Origin: a virus
DNA length: 64,000 nucleotides
Reading direction: 5' to 3' (one strand)
Virus record (IMG/VR): IMGVR_UViG_3300036939_000084
Span: 33,261-97,260 of that record
Below, one piece after another: positions 38,266 to 48,086 of the stretch. The notes beneath the pieces were generated by a model. That model did not search any database, was not told the origin of the DNA, and saw only the letters and a list, made by a program, of their open reading frames with translations. Position 1 is the first letter of the stretch. The number at the start of each line of letters is the position of its first letter. Both the position numbers and the translations under genes were made by a program.

Positions 38266-38392
38266 CCTCAATCTTTCTAAATCCTAGAAAAGCTAGTCCG
38301 TCACAACCTTCCAGAGCAATGATTATTGTCTGAAGGCGATCGCCGTGATTGTGTGATATAACAATAATGAAATCTATTAAAGTTTCAAAACT

Positions 38393-38587
38393 ATGAATCA
38401 AAGACAGCAGGAACTAATTAAAAAGCTTAGTCAAATTGCAGACGAAGCAGAGTTAAGCGGCTTGCTAGGAGAAGCAGGCGTACTAAAAGCTGTTTGTGGA
38501 GCAATGTGCTCTGGACGCTAGATAGATTTGCTAAGGTATATTTCTGTATTTACAGAAAAAGAAATGGAAAGACTACGACAGCCTTGA
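38393..38587 (+). pseudogene. Small early-cassette ORF with internal TAG at 38519-38521
   Basis: MNQRQQELIKKLSQIADEAELSGLLGEAGVLKAVCGAMCSGR*IDLLRYISVFTEKEMERLRQP*; promoter 38352. Confidence 0.45.
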
Positions 38588-38621
38588 CTTATTCACTAAG
38601 CAAGATAGGGGAGAAGCGACC

Positions 38622-39080
38622 TTATGGGTCGCTTTTTTCTTCTTCGTTTTTTTCTTCTATTTTTCTAAATCCCAGAAATGCTAGTCCGCCACAACCTCCA
38701 AGAGCGATTATTATTGCCTGAAGGCGATCGCCGTGCCATTCAAACTCACCTGCACTCCAGCTCAAAGCACTAGAAAAAGAGGCAAACGTCAAGACTCCTA
38801 TGCCAAAATTCCTTAAGAAAGCAATATTTTTTGTATTTCTACGCACCACAGCAGATTGATGCTTTTGGATTTTTTCGATTAGTTCCTTTGATTCTTTTAG
38901 TTCTTGCCTTAATTCTTTTATTTCCTGGCTAAGGTTTTCAATTTCGTTACAATTCCGAAAGATTTGCTCAGAGCTAGTAATCTCTAGCTCTGATACATTC
39001 TCAGCAAGTTTATTAAATTCGGAGTGGAGTGCCTGAAAGTCGGCATCATTTGCACATGGTTCTCGTTCTGGCGGTTGCAT
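38622..39080 (-). CDS. Coiled-coil plus two-TM membrane protein
   Basis: Heptad-rich N-terminus, two hydrophobic segments. Confidence 0.65.
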   Translation of the reverse strand: MQPPEREPCANDADFQALHSEFNKLAENVSELEITSSEQIFRNCNEIENLSQEIKELRQELKESKELIEKIQKHQSAVVRRNTKNIAFLRNFGIGVLTFASFSSALSWSAGEFEWHGDRLQAIIIALGGCGGLAFLGFRKIEEKNEEEKSDP

Positions 39081-39174
39081 GATGATAATGGGTTTTACCC
39101 TATTATCGACGGCTAAGTTTCTTCATGCCCTAAACTAATAGCAGCAAAAATCTTATATTAAACCTTTAATAAAG

Positions 39175-39810
39175 ATGTTGATCGATCCATTAGATGCGAG
39201 AACGCGGCTAATTACTGTTGGAGACTATACAGAAGAGAATGCGCCAACAGTAGAAGCATTGACACTAGTACTAGAAGGTCTAGAGGCTTATCTTGTAGAC
39301 TGGCTAGGATTCTATCCAGGTATACAAGAGTACGAAGAAGTTTTATCACTAAATGCTAATAGTGTTGTCATTCTAACCAATTTCCCGGTCTTGGCGGTAG
39401 AAAGCGTTGCCTTGTACCAAGACTATCTGCCGCATGTACACACTCCCCCTGTACAAGTGCTAGAAGTCCCCACTATCTGGCGACAGGGTAGAGTCCTCCC
39501 AATTCCTGCCTGCTCATGCCGCTGGGTCAAGGTCAGGTACACAGCAGGAATGGCTGTGCCCAAGGAGGTCGGATTGGCGCTGTTCCAATTACTGAGAAAA
39601 GCCTTGGAGGAAGGCGGAACATCAGGGGATTTGTCATTTTTGTTTGAACCTACTAGGGATGTGACCAGTATCTCTATTCCTGGCATGTCCAAGTCTTGGG
39701 CACTCGGCGGGGCAAATGCGGCTAATAACAATGGCGGAGGAAGTACAGGAACCATCGGCGATAGAATGCTGAGAATGCTTCAATCGTTGAGAAGGTCTTA
39801 CATCACCTGA
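39175..39810 (+). CDS. Head-tail adaptor (gp6/gp15-like)
   Basis: LEAYLVDWLG..YEEVL..LTNFPVLAVESV..VKVRYTAG..VPKEVGLALFQL. Confidence 0.75.
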   Translation: MLIDPLDARTRLITVGDYTEENAPTVEALTLVLEGLEAYLVDWLGFYPGIQEYEEVLSLNANSVVILTNFPVLAVESVALYQDYLPHVHTPPVQVLEVPTIWRQGRVLPIPACSCRWVKVRYTAGMAVPKEVGLALFQLLRKALEEGGTSGDLSFLFEPTRDVTSISIPGMSKSWALGGANAANNNGGGSTGTIGDRMLRMLQSLRRSYIT

Positions 39811-40073
39811 TGAAAAACGAAGAGGATAAGCTTTATCAATATGAACAGGTAGGGCACGAATCTTCCCGCGAGCATGAATTACCTGAGAAAATTCAGCTTA
39901 AGGGATGGTATGTTGACGCGGACGAAAATGAATTTCATTTGGCTTGGTACGTCAAGGAAAACATCAAAGATCGTGAGAAAAATCTGATTTTACAGGCGAT
40001 CGCATCCCTACTCCTAGACAACGGCTTCAACGTCGGCTGGCTAGAAGATGAGCATGACCCAGAGCTTGACTAA
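39810..40073 (+). CDS. Hypothetical protein
   Basis: Coupled to adaptor (TGATG). Confidence 0.55.
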   Translation: MKNEEDKLYQYEQVGHESSREHELPEKIQLKGWYVDADENEFHLAWYVKENIKDREKNLILQAIASLLLDNGFNVGWLEDEHDPELD

Positions 40074-40497
40074 GTAGCTAAATATCTTCCTAAACTTACG
40101 TAAACCTGCTTGCACACAAGCAGGTTTTTTGTGATAAAGTATATTTGTTGCCGAAAACCAAGGCAGAAAAAATCGCGAAACCTTTTTCGCACAAAACATT
40201 AAAAAGCAGATCGAGTACGCTCGGCTTGAGCGGAATTGACGCCCGTGGACAAGAAGAGGCCGACCTCCTTGGTTGAGACGGGGAGAAAACATCAAATTTT
40301 AGCTTTAGCTAGGTTTGAGTAAGTTTTTCGGAGCAGAACATGATTTTAGTCATAGACTTGCCACAGGGACAGGTTAGCTACGACATTCCCAAGTCTCTTA
40401 TGATTGCGAAGTTACCTGTGTTCGAGGGGGTCAACTTCAGAAGGGTAGGATGGGAGCAGTGCGATCACCTTCAACAATTTATTGAGAACTATAACGA

Positions 40498-40769
40498 TGA
40501 ACCATCCAACAGCTAGTGTTGAAGAATTAGAAGTTTCTCAACTACCTGAAATCCCCTGGATCTTTTTTGCAGCAAGCGCCTACCGTGTACATTGCATGAC
40601 AGCAGGAGAAGAGGTAATTCCTTTTGAGAAGTTGGATGTTGTTAAACAAGAAGCATGGAAGATCACTCTGAAGCATGTTGTCGCTTCATTGGGTGGTCAG
40701 GTAACTTATGTGATGAATCCGGTTCTTCTAACAGAACTTGAGAATAGTTGGCTCGTTCAAAAACAATAA
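40498..40769 (+). CDS. Hypothetical protein
   Basis: ORF 40482..40769, probable ATG ~40498. Confidence 0.5.
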
Positions 40770-40782
40770 AGGTTTAATAAAA

Positions 40783-41064
40783 ATGGCAAACACAGTGACT
40801 CAAGAACAAATTAACGCAATTCTTGATTCTGCTGAGAAGGTAGAAGCTATTTTCTGGGGCAAAGAATTGGTTGTTAGTTACAAATTGGTGACTCGCGGCG
40901 GATTCACGATTATAGGAAGAGGTGCTTGCGTTGATCCTGCTAATTTCGATCTAGAGGTTGGTCGAAAAGTTGCAAAAGAAGATGCTGCTGATAAGTTGTG
41001 GCAGCTGGAGGGCTATCTCCTGCAACTGAAGCTGGCTGGTTTAATCACGGCAGATATTGTTTAA
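40783..41064 (+). CDS. Phage Gp49/Gp66-family protein
   Basis: TVTQEQINAIL..GFTIIGRGACVDPANFDLEVGRKVA..A.DKLWQLEGYLL. Confidence 0.85.
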   Translation: MANTVTQEQINAILDSAEKVEAIFWGKELVVSYKLVTRGGFTIIGRGACVDPANFDLEVGRKVAKEDAADKLWQLEGYLLQLKLAGLITADIV

Positions 41065-41100
41065 CACAAAACGACTGCTGCAAAATAATAAAGGTTTAAT

Positions 41101-41514
41101 ATGGCATTCTCCCCCACACCAGACCCTACAAACCCAAGCACAAATCCAGTTCAGTACTACGCAACCCCCTCGATGGTTGCAAACAATCTGGTTTTGAGCG
41201 ATGCACAACTAGAAGTATTAGCTGAACTGGGAATTGCCAAAACTGACATCTATTATATTAGGGGAGAGTTACTCCAGGGCACTATTGTTAAAGCCCACGG
41301 ATATACCAACGGGCAATTTGTTTTCTTCCTGGAAGGTAACGCCACAGAGCATGCAATTTTCTTAAAATACCTATTCGGAAACGAATACCGCCCCCAGATG
41401 CCCTACCGCTTCCGGGGTTTAACCATATATGGGACACCGACTCAGGCGTTCATGAAGCCTGAGTACAAGGTAACCATATCTTCAGTGTCGGAACCACTAG
41501 TGGACTATCAATGA
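41101..41514 (+). CDS. Hypothetical protein, paralog A
   Basis: Homologous to the next ORF; ATG overlaps palindrome 41086. Confidence 0.7.
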   Translation: MAFSPTPDPTNPSTNPVQYYATPSMVANNLVLSDAQLEVLAELGIAKTDIYYIRGELLQGTIVKAHGYTNGQFVFFLEGNATEHAIFLKYLFGNEYRPQMPYRFRGLTIYGTPTQAFMKPEYKVTISSVSEPLVDYQ

Positions 41515-41843
41515 TGGCTACACCTTACGGACTGAACTTAACGGCTGATCAGGCTGAGGTTTTCTCAGATCTCAAGATTGACCCCAAAAAACTGTACTTT
41601 ATCGACAACGACCTACTGCCTAGTGCGATTTATTTGCGCGTCAACGGGTATACCAGTGGGCATTATGTTGTCTTCGTCGAGGGTGAGGAACACGAACACA
41701 AAGCATTCCTCCAGTCTCTATACGGGAAAGAGTTTGACGCCCCATTGATTCAAAAAGCCAGGGGCATCACCATATACGGTGCTCCGACGCAGCCTTTTGT
41801 TAAGGACATGAATCTCGTCGCTGTTAATGTTGCAGCAGCTTGA
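41511..41843 (+). CDS. Hypothetical protein, paralog B
   Basis: Shares GY(T)xG..VFF.EG..EH..FL..L.G.E..RG.TIYG.PTQ.F.K with paralog A. Confidence 0.7.
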   Translation: MMATPYGLNLTADQAEVFSDLKIDPKKLYFIDNDLLPSAIYLRVNGYTSGHYVVFVEGEEHEHKAFLQSLYGKEFDAPLIQKARGITIYGAPTQPFVKDMNLVAVNVAAA

Positions 41844-42126
41844 TGAGCAGACAGGGGGATAGCGATTGCACTTGCGATGAGTTCGACTGGGTTGAGCAAC
41901 TCCCCTTAGACCAGCTTGAACTGCTCGAATGGCTTCTAGGGAGCGGGTTGAAGAGCCAGGTTGGGATTAATACCGGGACAGAGAGGTGGGAGAGGGGATG
42001 GAAGTTGGTAGACGCGATCGCTTGCCGTAAGGAGAAGCTCAGTTGTGCGAGAAAAGATTGACTGTTGCTTGGCACAAAAAACACCTGCCTTTGTTGGGCA
42101 GGTGTTAAGTAATTTCTTGACAGAGA

Positions 42127-42441
42127 TCAGCTTGCTTGAATATCGCAGACCTCAAATATATTCTTGAGAAGAGGACATTGGGTCATCGCAACATAACGTT
42201 CTTTCAGTCCTCGCCATTCACCACTCAGTGCCAGATGAGCGGATTTGTACTCATCAAAGCTCATAGCGGACGGAGAAACAATCACAGTCTCGCAATTTTC
42301 TAGAAAAATATTCTTCCAGACTCCTTTGCTAACCTTTTCCATCAAGTAAGTACACGACACCCAGTCATAAGGTGATGGATAGAGTGCGTCAACCGGATAA
42401 TGCTTGACTATTGTAGCTTCTGTTTTTGAAACACTTAACAT
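42127..42441 (-). CDS. Hypothetical early-cassette protein
   Basis: Promoter 42470 (-), SD aggag. Confidence 0.7.
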   Translation of the reverse strand: MLSVSKTEATIVKHYPVDALYPSPYDWVSCTYLMEKVSKGVWKNIFLENCETVIVSPSAMSFDEYKSAHLALSGEWRGLKERYVAMTQCPLLKNIFEVCDIQAS

Positions 42442-42569
42442 AGGTTCTCCTGTTTTTGTATGTATTATTATTTTATCACATCATAAGTATGAATACGATG
42501 CTGACTTGCAGCACGGTAGAGGTGGCGCGAGAAGAGAATGAAAAAGCCACCCAGGCGGGTGGCTTTTTG

Positions 42570-43007
42570 CTAGCTATAAATATTTTTAATGAGTGCGATA
42601 ACTCTTTTCCAGTCTCGCTCATTAAAACTGTTTTTATTCACAACCTGAGGGAGAGGGTAGACGTAGCAACTTGCAATGCAATAGTCATGATCTGTTCGGA
42701 ACGCGATCGCAGGCATAATGCCATAATCAACTTGATTGTCCGGTACAAATACTCCCATCATTCTCACCGTCTGGTCTGTCTCGTAATACAAGCCAGTATC
42801 GTTCAAGAATTGCTCAAACTGTTTTCGGTTAAGCAAGGCTGCATACTTCCTGTGTTTGCCTTTCTTCCATATTCCCCCTAAGTGAGAGTATTTGTAGTAT
42901 GCGTCGGTCTCTTGCGGGACAAACAGCAGGCTTAACTGACTTGGCTGGTAAGGTTTAATGCTCTCTGTGTAGGGAACGTCAAACTCATAAATGATTGAGA
43001 AAAGCAT
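42570..43007 (-). CDS. Hypothetical early-cassette protein
   Basis: Promoter 43034 (-); terminator 42541-42568. Confidence 0.7.
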   Translation of the reverse strand: MLFSIIYEFDVPYTESIKPYQPSQLSLLFVPQETDAYYKYSHLGGIWKKGKHRKYAALLNRKQFEQFLNDTGLYYETDQTVRMMGVFVPDNQVDYGIMPAIAFRTDHDYCIASCYVYPLPQVVNKNSFNERDWKRVIALIKNIYS

Positions 43008-43019
43008 ACTTGTTTTTAT

Positions 43020-43523
43020 TTGTTTACAAATACATTTTATCACACTGTGGATATGGATACAATAATTAATTGCTGCTTGGTGGAAGTGGCGCGATCGCAG
43101 GTGATTTTACTGGTGGGGGCGATCGCGCTTCAAGCCGCAAAATACGATCACATTGACTTCGTTCCACCCAAAGCGGTGCAAGAAACTGCTCGAAGAGGAC
43201 TTGAATTGAGAAGGAAGCAGCCCAAAAGTAAGCGAGGTGGGTTGGATGTTAGACAAGCTTCGGAGGAAGGGATTGGTTCCGGCGTGCAGAGAGCGGCTAA
43301 CCTTTCTAGCGGGAAAGCTGTGTCGCCAGAAACGGTGAGGAGAATGCTTGCGTATTTCACCCGGCACCAGAAAGACAAAGACGCCCCAGGTTGGGGCGAT
43401 GCTAGCAATCCGTCTAAGGGTTATCAAGCGTGGCTTTTGTGGGGTGGATCAGACGGATGGAATTGGAGCAAGAAGGTTGTGGAACAGATGAATCGGGCTG
43501 ACGAAGATGTTGCTTCATATTAA
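43020..43523 (+). CDS. Conserved phage domain of unknown function (PP..A.RGL..RA..L..RM..YF.RH..PS.G..AW.LWGG); true start probably ~43110 or later
   Basis: Motif recognised from phage head-morphogenesis-associated proteins. Confidence 0.65.
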   Translation: MFTNTFYHTVDMDTIINCCLVEVARSQVILLVGAIALQAAKYDHIDFVPPKAVQETARRGLELRRKQPKSKRGGLDVRQASEEGIGSGVQRAANLSSGKAVSPETVRRMLAYFTRHQKDKDAPGWGDASNPSKGYQAWLLWGGSDGWNWSKKVVEQMNRADEDVASY

Positions 43524-43530
43524 AGGTTTA

Positions 43531-44139
43531 TTAGAAATTGAGCAGTAGTTGACACTTCCTTTCAATTTCTAGCTTCGCATGCCTACTTTCCGCAATCTTT
43601 CCAGAATTTTTGCCCCAAATTTCAAGTTTCTTCACCACGCTCTTCACCAGGTTGTTGTAGGTGTGGATTCGATCTTTGCGATCCAGCTCATGATTAATAT
43701 CATTGAGAACCTTCAACGTCTTTTTACTAGGAGGAAGTGGCGAAACATACCAGATATCGGCTTTCCGACCAACCATTTTCTCGTAGATTTTGCGATAATG
43801 GCGACCGAATAGCGTTTCCAAAATGATGTCGCTGTCGATTATTTCGGTTTTGCATTCGCCGAGAATATCAGAACCGTTATCGTATCTTTCTACAAGAAAA
43901 TCAACAGAGCGATGTTTCCCCGGTTGAAGCAAGTCTGGCATATAGAATTCACCAAAGCATTGGGCGACGCCACGGAATTCGCGAGGAAGCAGGAAAAACA
44001 TAGTTGCAATTTCTCGCAAGAAGTCGTCATGGTGAATGCGGCGATCTCCTGATGCTAGGTACGATTCTCCATTAACCCAGACGGGTTTCCAGTCGCCAGA
44101 ATAGCTGATTTGATTAGAACTCACTGTCAAAATCCTCAA
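43531..44139 (-). CDS. PD-(D/E)xK nuclease-fold protein, partner of J-domain copy 3
   Basis: HRSVDFLV..ILGECKTE..ETLFGRHY..DIWYVS. Confidence 0.65.
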   Translation of the reverse strand: MRILTVSSNQISYSGDWKPVWVNGESYLASGDRRIHHDDFLREIATMFFLLPREFRGVAQCFGEFYMPDLLQPGKHRSVDFLVERYDNGSDILGECKTEIIDSDIILETLFGRHYRKIYEKMVGRKADIWYVSPLPPSKKTLKVLNDINHELDRKDRIHTYNNLVKSVVKKLEIWGKNSGKIAESRHAKLEIERKCQLLLNF

Positions 44140-44719
44140 GATCTAATTCGATTTTTTCTGCCACTGCATAGTTTCCATAAGAACTTCCCCAACCTTCATG
44201 GACAGAATCGACATCATCAAAAGCATTAGACAGAATTGCAAAAAGCCTATTAGATTGCTCACCCGGTAGTTGAGAACTATCTGGATGGAATGACCGGGCA
44301 AGTGATCGATAGACAGGTTTCAATTCCTCTTTCTCAAAAGAAAGAATGGTCGATAAGACTCTTTTAGCCAAGTCATCTGGAACATGAGTCATGTATTCCG
44401 CCAAGTAGTCTTCCGCTGAAAGGTTAGTATCTTCTTCCCGGTGGTTAGCCTCATGCTTGGCTTGGTCAGATGTTTGGGAATGTTCTTCCAAGGGAGGGGA
44501 TTGGTCTTGAAAACCATTGCTGAATTGATAGGTTGGCGCACTTGGAACAAGTTTGAATTCGATCACCGAAAGAACTACTTGCCAGTCATACTTTGAACGC
44601 ATAGGGTAGCTTGCCATCAGAGGGGCGGCAATAACTACAAAAGACTTCTTGGCAGGTAGACCTGTCATGCGCGTAAATTCGGCTTTAAGTTCTTTGAGAG
44701 ACAAATTTTCCAGTTCCAC
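44114..44719 (-). CDS. J-domain protein, copy 3 (divergent)
   Basis: ELKPVYRSLARSFHPDSS..NRLFAILSNAFD; tail LEDFDSEF; GGAGG SD before GTG 44719. Confidence 0.8.
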   Translation of the reverse strand: MELENLSLKELKAEFTRMTGLPAKKSFVVIAAPLMASYPMRSKYDWQVVLSVIEFKLVPSAPTYQFSNGFQDQSPPLEEHSQTSDQAKHEANHREEDTNLSAEDYLAEYMTHVPDDLAKRVLSTILSFEKEELKPVYRSLARSFHPDSSQLPGEQSNRLFAILSNAFDDVDSVHEGWGSSYGNYAVAEKIELDLEDFDSEF

Positions 44720-44769
44720 AGCAAACCTCCAATTAATGAAGCGCACCACTTTTGTGGTGCGCTGTGTGT

Positions 44770-45066
44770 TTAGAACTTGTTCGGTTCTATAGATTGATGA
44801 CGAATCTTCCAGTTGCTTACTAGTGCGTCGGCAGCCGCTTCAGCAGTACCAAATCGACGGTTATCAAAATCGCTAGTCAACCAATGAGGGAGACATATGG
44901 AACGCACGACTCGACCGATGTAAGCATGATTGTAATAGACAACGAAAGCTTCGGTGAGATCATCGATCGCTTCCATGACTATCTCATTCTTTTTTATTGG
45001 TGCGGAAAACGTTAACATGGCATTATGTGTGATTTTGCGGATGCAGAGTTTCTCAGTCTGCTGCAT
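44770..45066 (-). CDS. Hypothetical protein
   Basis: Between the HTH gene and J-domain copy 3. Confidence 0.55.
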   Translation of the reverse strand: MQQTEKLCIRKITHNAMLTFSAPIKKNEIVMEAIDDLTEAFVVYYNHAYIGRVVRSICLPHWLTSDFDNRRFGTAEAAADALVSNWKIRHQSIEPNKF

Positions 45067-45105
45067 CCGCCTTTACGTTAACCATAATAGCACATGTTGG
45101 TGCGA

Positions 45106-45303
45106 TTATGTTTTTCTTTTTCTTCCCTTGGGATAACCGCGCTTCCTGTCCCTGACTACATCTAAGTCTTTTTCGGCGATCGCCCAGTATGATCCGATCT
45201 TTATAGCAGGCAGTTTCCCTGACTTGATCAGTCTACTGACTCGGCTCCTATCTATCCCAAGGGCTTTTGCCGCTTCCGACGTGCTGAGCATTTTTTCTTT
45301 CAT
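45106..45303 (-). CDS. Excisionase-like HTH DNA-binding protein
   Basis: MLSTSEAAKALGIDRSRVSRLIKSGKLPAIKIGSYWAI. Confidence 0.85.
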   Translation of the reverse strand: MKEKMLSTSEAAKALGIDRSRVSRLIKSGKLPAIKIGSYWAIAEKDLDVVRDRKRGYPKGRKRKT

Positions 45304-45481
45304 TATCTAAAACAGCACAAACCTAAGCTATTATTGTGTCACAAAAGCCGTCGAGATGATAGCAGGCAAAGATTTATTAACCATTAAATTGGTATCTAGG
45401 TTTCTAGGTACCTCTACTCCTTGACACCTAATAAACAAGGTGCAATAGTTTCGATAAATCAAATTTTCTATATATCCGTGC

Positions 45482-46255
45482 ATGCGAACTATAACGATTA
45501 CTTCACTATCAGGGGGCATGGGGAAAACCACCTCATCCATCCTCTTGGCAAAGAAGCTAGCTCAAATGGGGAACAAGACACTTGCTATAGACTGCGATCC
45601 TCAATCAAGTCTGACCTTCTTTCTGGGTCACGCGATTGAAAATAATGACCCCACTCTTTTGGAAATTCTGATGGGCATAGTAGAACCCAAGGCTGCTATT
45701 TATCCGACCTCTGACAATAATCTGTACCTGATTCCAGCAGATGGGCATCTTGCAAAAGCTCAAGAGCATTTAGCTAGCAGTGGTATGGGAGCGGCTGTAC
45801 TGAAGCAGTTGTTGCAGGAGGTTGCTATCTTCGACTTCTGTGTGATCGACTCACCTCCCCAAAAGACACAGCTAGCGATGACAGCAGTCGGTGCGGCCGA
45901 TCATTTGCTTGTCCCAATAGAATCAACGACAAAGGGGGTAAACTCACTGCTTCGCACGTTGGAATTAGAACAGTCCCTGCGGAAACTGGGTGCGTTCCAA
46001 GGAGATATCCTGGGCGTTATTCCCTTCCGAGACAGATGGTTTGGTCGCAGCCAGTCAACCGACAGTCGCGATGCTATTCAGATGATTGGGGAGATTTTCC
46101 CTGATATTCAGGTATTTCCTTCTATTTTGGAAAGCGAGCAATTTAAAAAGGCCCTCCGGAAAGGTGTCACTCTAGCGGACGCAGGATTTAAAGACTTAGA
46201 GTACTCATTCGACGTAATCATCGAAAAATGTCTAACGATTTCCTCAAGCAACTAA
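45482..46255 (+). CDS. parA: ParA partition ATPase
   Basis: Deviant Walker A SLSGGMGKTT, DCDPQSSLT, VIDSPP. Confidence 0.95.
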   Translation: MRTITITSLSGGMGKTTSSILLAKKLAQMGNKTLAIDCDPQSSLTFFLGHAIENNDPTLLEILMGIVEPKAAIYPTSDNNLYLIPADGHLAKAQEHLASSGMGAAVLKQLLQEVAIFDFCVIDSPPQKTQLAMTAVGAADHLLVPIESTTKGVNSLLRTLELEQSLRKLGAFQGDILGVIPFRDRWFGRSQSTDSRDAIQMIGEIFPDIQVFPSILESEQFKKALRKGVTLADAGFKDLEYSFDVIIEKCLTISSSN

Positions 46256-46620
46256 ACCAAAGACCAAAGGTTCCGCCACGTACCGACGAAGAAGTGCAAA
46301 ACAATCCCGAAGTTTCTGTACCACGAAACAATGGTACAACAAAATCCGTGTACAAGGATATCGAAGAATCCGGGATTAAAACCGTCCGAAGCTCCCTGCT
46401 TCTAGAGGAGTCGATGCATTTCAAGTTCCGCGATTGGTGCAATCGCAACGGTATTATCAGGGCCTGTTGGGTTGAGGCGGCGATGATAATAGCAGAAAAA
46501 GACCCCCAGTTGCTAAAGCAGATTGAAGAGTTGGCGAAAGAACTTACCTCAGAGCGCAAAGAGGAGGCGGATGACAAGCGGCGGGTAACCATGTGGGAAA
46601 ATCGAAAAAAAACGAGGTGA
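46228..46620 (+). CDS. ParA partner (type Ib ParG-like centromere-binding protein)
   Basis: Small, overlaps parA, disordered N-terminus then RHH-like segment; no ParB/Srx motif seen. Confidence 0.65.
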   Translation: MSNDFLKQLNQRPKVPPRTDEEVQNNPEVSVPRNNGTTKSVYKDIEESGIKTVRSSLLLEESMHFKFRDWCNRNGIIRACWVEAAMIIAEKDPQLLKQIEELAKELTSERKEEADDKRRVTMWENRKKTR

Positions 46621-46775
46621 CCACAGTGCCCTATAAACTCAAAAAAGAAGGTTCGGACTGGTTTGTTATCAATCCAGACACTGGCGAGAAAAAGAATAAA
46701 AAACCTCTCACTGAAGAAGAGGCTAAGAAATATTTGCGAGCGCTGTACGCGAATGTTCCAGACGCTAGAGATTAA
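46617..46775 (+). CDS. Small conserved phage protein (PYKLKK..VINPDTG..EAKKYLRALYAN)
   Basis: GTGA overlap; motif recognised from phage ORFs; terminator 46774-46803. Confidence 0.6.
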   Translation: MTTVPYKLKKEGSDWFVINPDTGEKKNKKPLTEEEAKKYLRALYANVPDARD

Positions 46776-46818
46776 AAAAAGCACCCGGATGGGTGCTTTT
46801 TTTAAGACAGCCAGGATA

Positions 46819-47487
46819 TTACAAAGATTCTAATATCCGAGCAAACTCGATGTAATTTTTCCTTAACCACTCTTGGTCAAACCACTCAGGATAACCATCT
46901 GAAGCGGTTGTTAAGGCATGGAGTTGCAAGGGTATTTGACCCAAAGTGTAAAGAGAATAGTTGGAGACATTGTTTTGCACATCAAGCAAAGCCTTCCTTA
47001 CCAATATCCTTGCGAAGTTTTTTGTGTCTGCAACGAATATATTTGTATCGAAAACCTCAGACAAGGTTTTGATAATTCCTGCCGGAGAATCGGGGGAAAT
47101 ACTGCTGTCAATAGATTCCCCTACAAATATCATTCCCGCCAAATCTGAGCCATGTCTAGCTCGAAGGGTTAAAGAATATCGCCTCCTGATTAAACAATCG
47201 TAAAGATGAGCATCGCGGAGAATGCCTTTTTTAAACTCAGCTCCATAAAATTTAGAGCAAGAACAAAAAACATTGTCTGTTCTCCGGGTATCTGCTCCAA
47301 TCACTTGCAATACATCAGACTGTCCATTTCCAAAGCTAAGCCTATCCCTGACCTCTTTCGGTAAAGTGGCAGCAATTCTCGACATTGCTGCCACAATTTC
47401 CGCTTCGGAGTTAAAAGTCAATATCCCCGATGTCGTTAACCCAGTAGCTCGTTGTACCAGTTTCGGATTCTGATTCTTTTCGTTCAT
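46819..47487 (-). CDS. PD-(D/E)xK nuclease-fold protein, partner of J-domain copy 2
   Basis: Clear paralog of 6013..6669 (SEAEIVAAM, QVIGADTRRTD, FYGAEFKKG, QIPLQLHALTT..DGYP.WFD.EWL). Confidence 0.65.
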   Translation of the reverse strand: MNEKNQNPKLVQRATGLTTSGILTFNSEAEIVAAMSRIAATLPKEVRDRLSFGNGQSDVLQVIGADTRRTDNVFCSCSKFYGAEFKKGILRDAHLYDCLIRRRYSLTLRARHGSDLAGMIFVGESIDSSISPDSPAGIIKTLSEVFDTNIFVADTKNFARILVRKALLDVQNNVSNYSLYTLGQIPLQLHALTTASDGYPEWFDQEWLRKNYIEFARILESL

Positions 47488-48037
47488 CGTTTACAATGTT
47501 ATTTGCGAGAGGTCGTGAATTAATCTGCTCGTACAAGCGGCGAACAAGCGCAAACAAGGTCGCCGCTTCGTCTTTTGGAAGACGTGTCGTATCTGGATGA
47601 AAGACCTTAGAAAGTCTTCTGTACGTGTCTTTGGCGGCCCCCTTATCGGCATAAAAAACTGCGCTTAATACATCTTCAGCAGTTGGCAGTGAGACGGAAG
47701 CAATATATTCAGCCAACTGTCGCTCAGGTTCTTTTGTTGGTTCTTCAGGGCTGAGTTCTACTTGTCTAGATTTCAGTTCTTCAATTTCAGCCTGGGCGAC
47801 ATCTAGTTTTTGGGTGAGTTCGGACAATTGGGATTGCTGCCTCGCCAGCTCTTCGCTCATATCTTTGGGCTGTTGCTCTTTCCAGCGCATAGCTGCCTCA
47901 AAAACAATTTTCAGGTTATCTGTTTTTCTTAGATCACCGACTTCCTGTACAAAGCGCTTCGCATTTGCCTTGATCAGTGGGAAGCCAATCTCCTCTAAAA
48001 ACTTTTGTCGATAATCTGATGCTTTAAGGTCTGCCAT
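47411..48037 (-). CDS. J-domain protein, copy 2
   Basis: Clear paralog of 5472..6092 (MADLKA.DYRQ, YRRLSKVFHPDTT, tail DIGDIDF). Confidence 0.8.
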   Translation of the reverse strand: MADLKASDYRQKFLEEIGFPLIKANAKRFVQEVGDLRKTDNLKIVFEAAMRWKEQQPKDMSEELARQQSQLSELTQKLDVAQAEIEELKSRQVELSPEEPTKEPERQLAEYIASVSLPTAEDVLSAVFYADKGAAKDTYRRLSKVFHPDTTRLPKDEAATLFALVRRLYEQINSRPLANNIVNDERKESESETGTTSYWVNDIGDIDF

Positions 48038-48086
48038 GTCTGTTTTCGCACACTAAATTAATTATAGCTATCGTTACCGAGAGTGA

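Noticed and set aside
11408-38521. Stop-codon reassignment (TAG/TAA to Gln)
   Set aside because: Many intact genes end cleanly at TAG or TAA followed by terminators or new starts, and the lesions use two different stops
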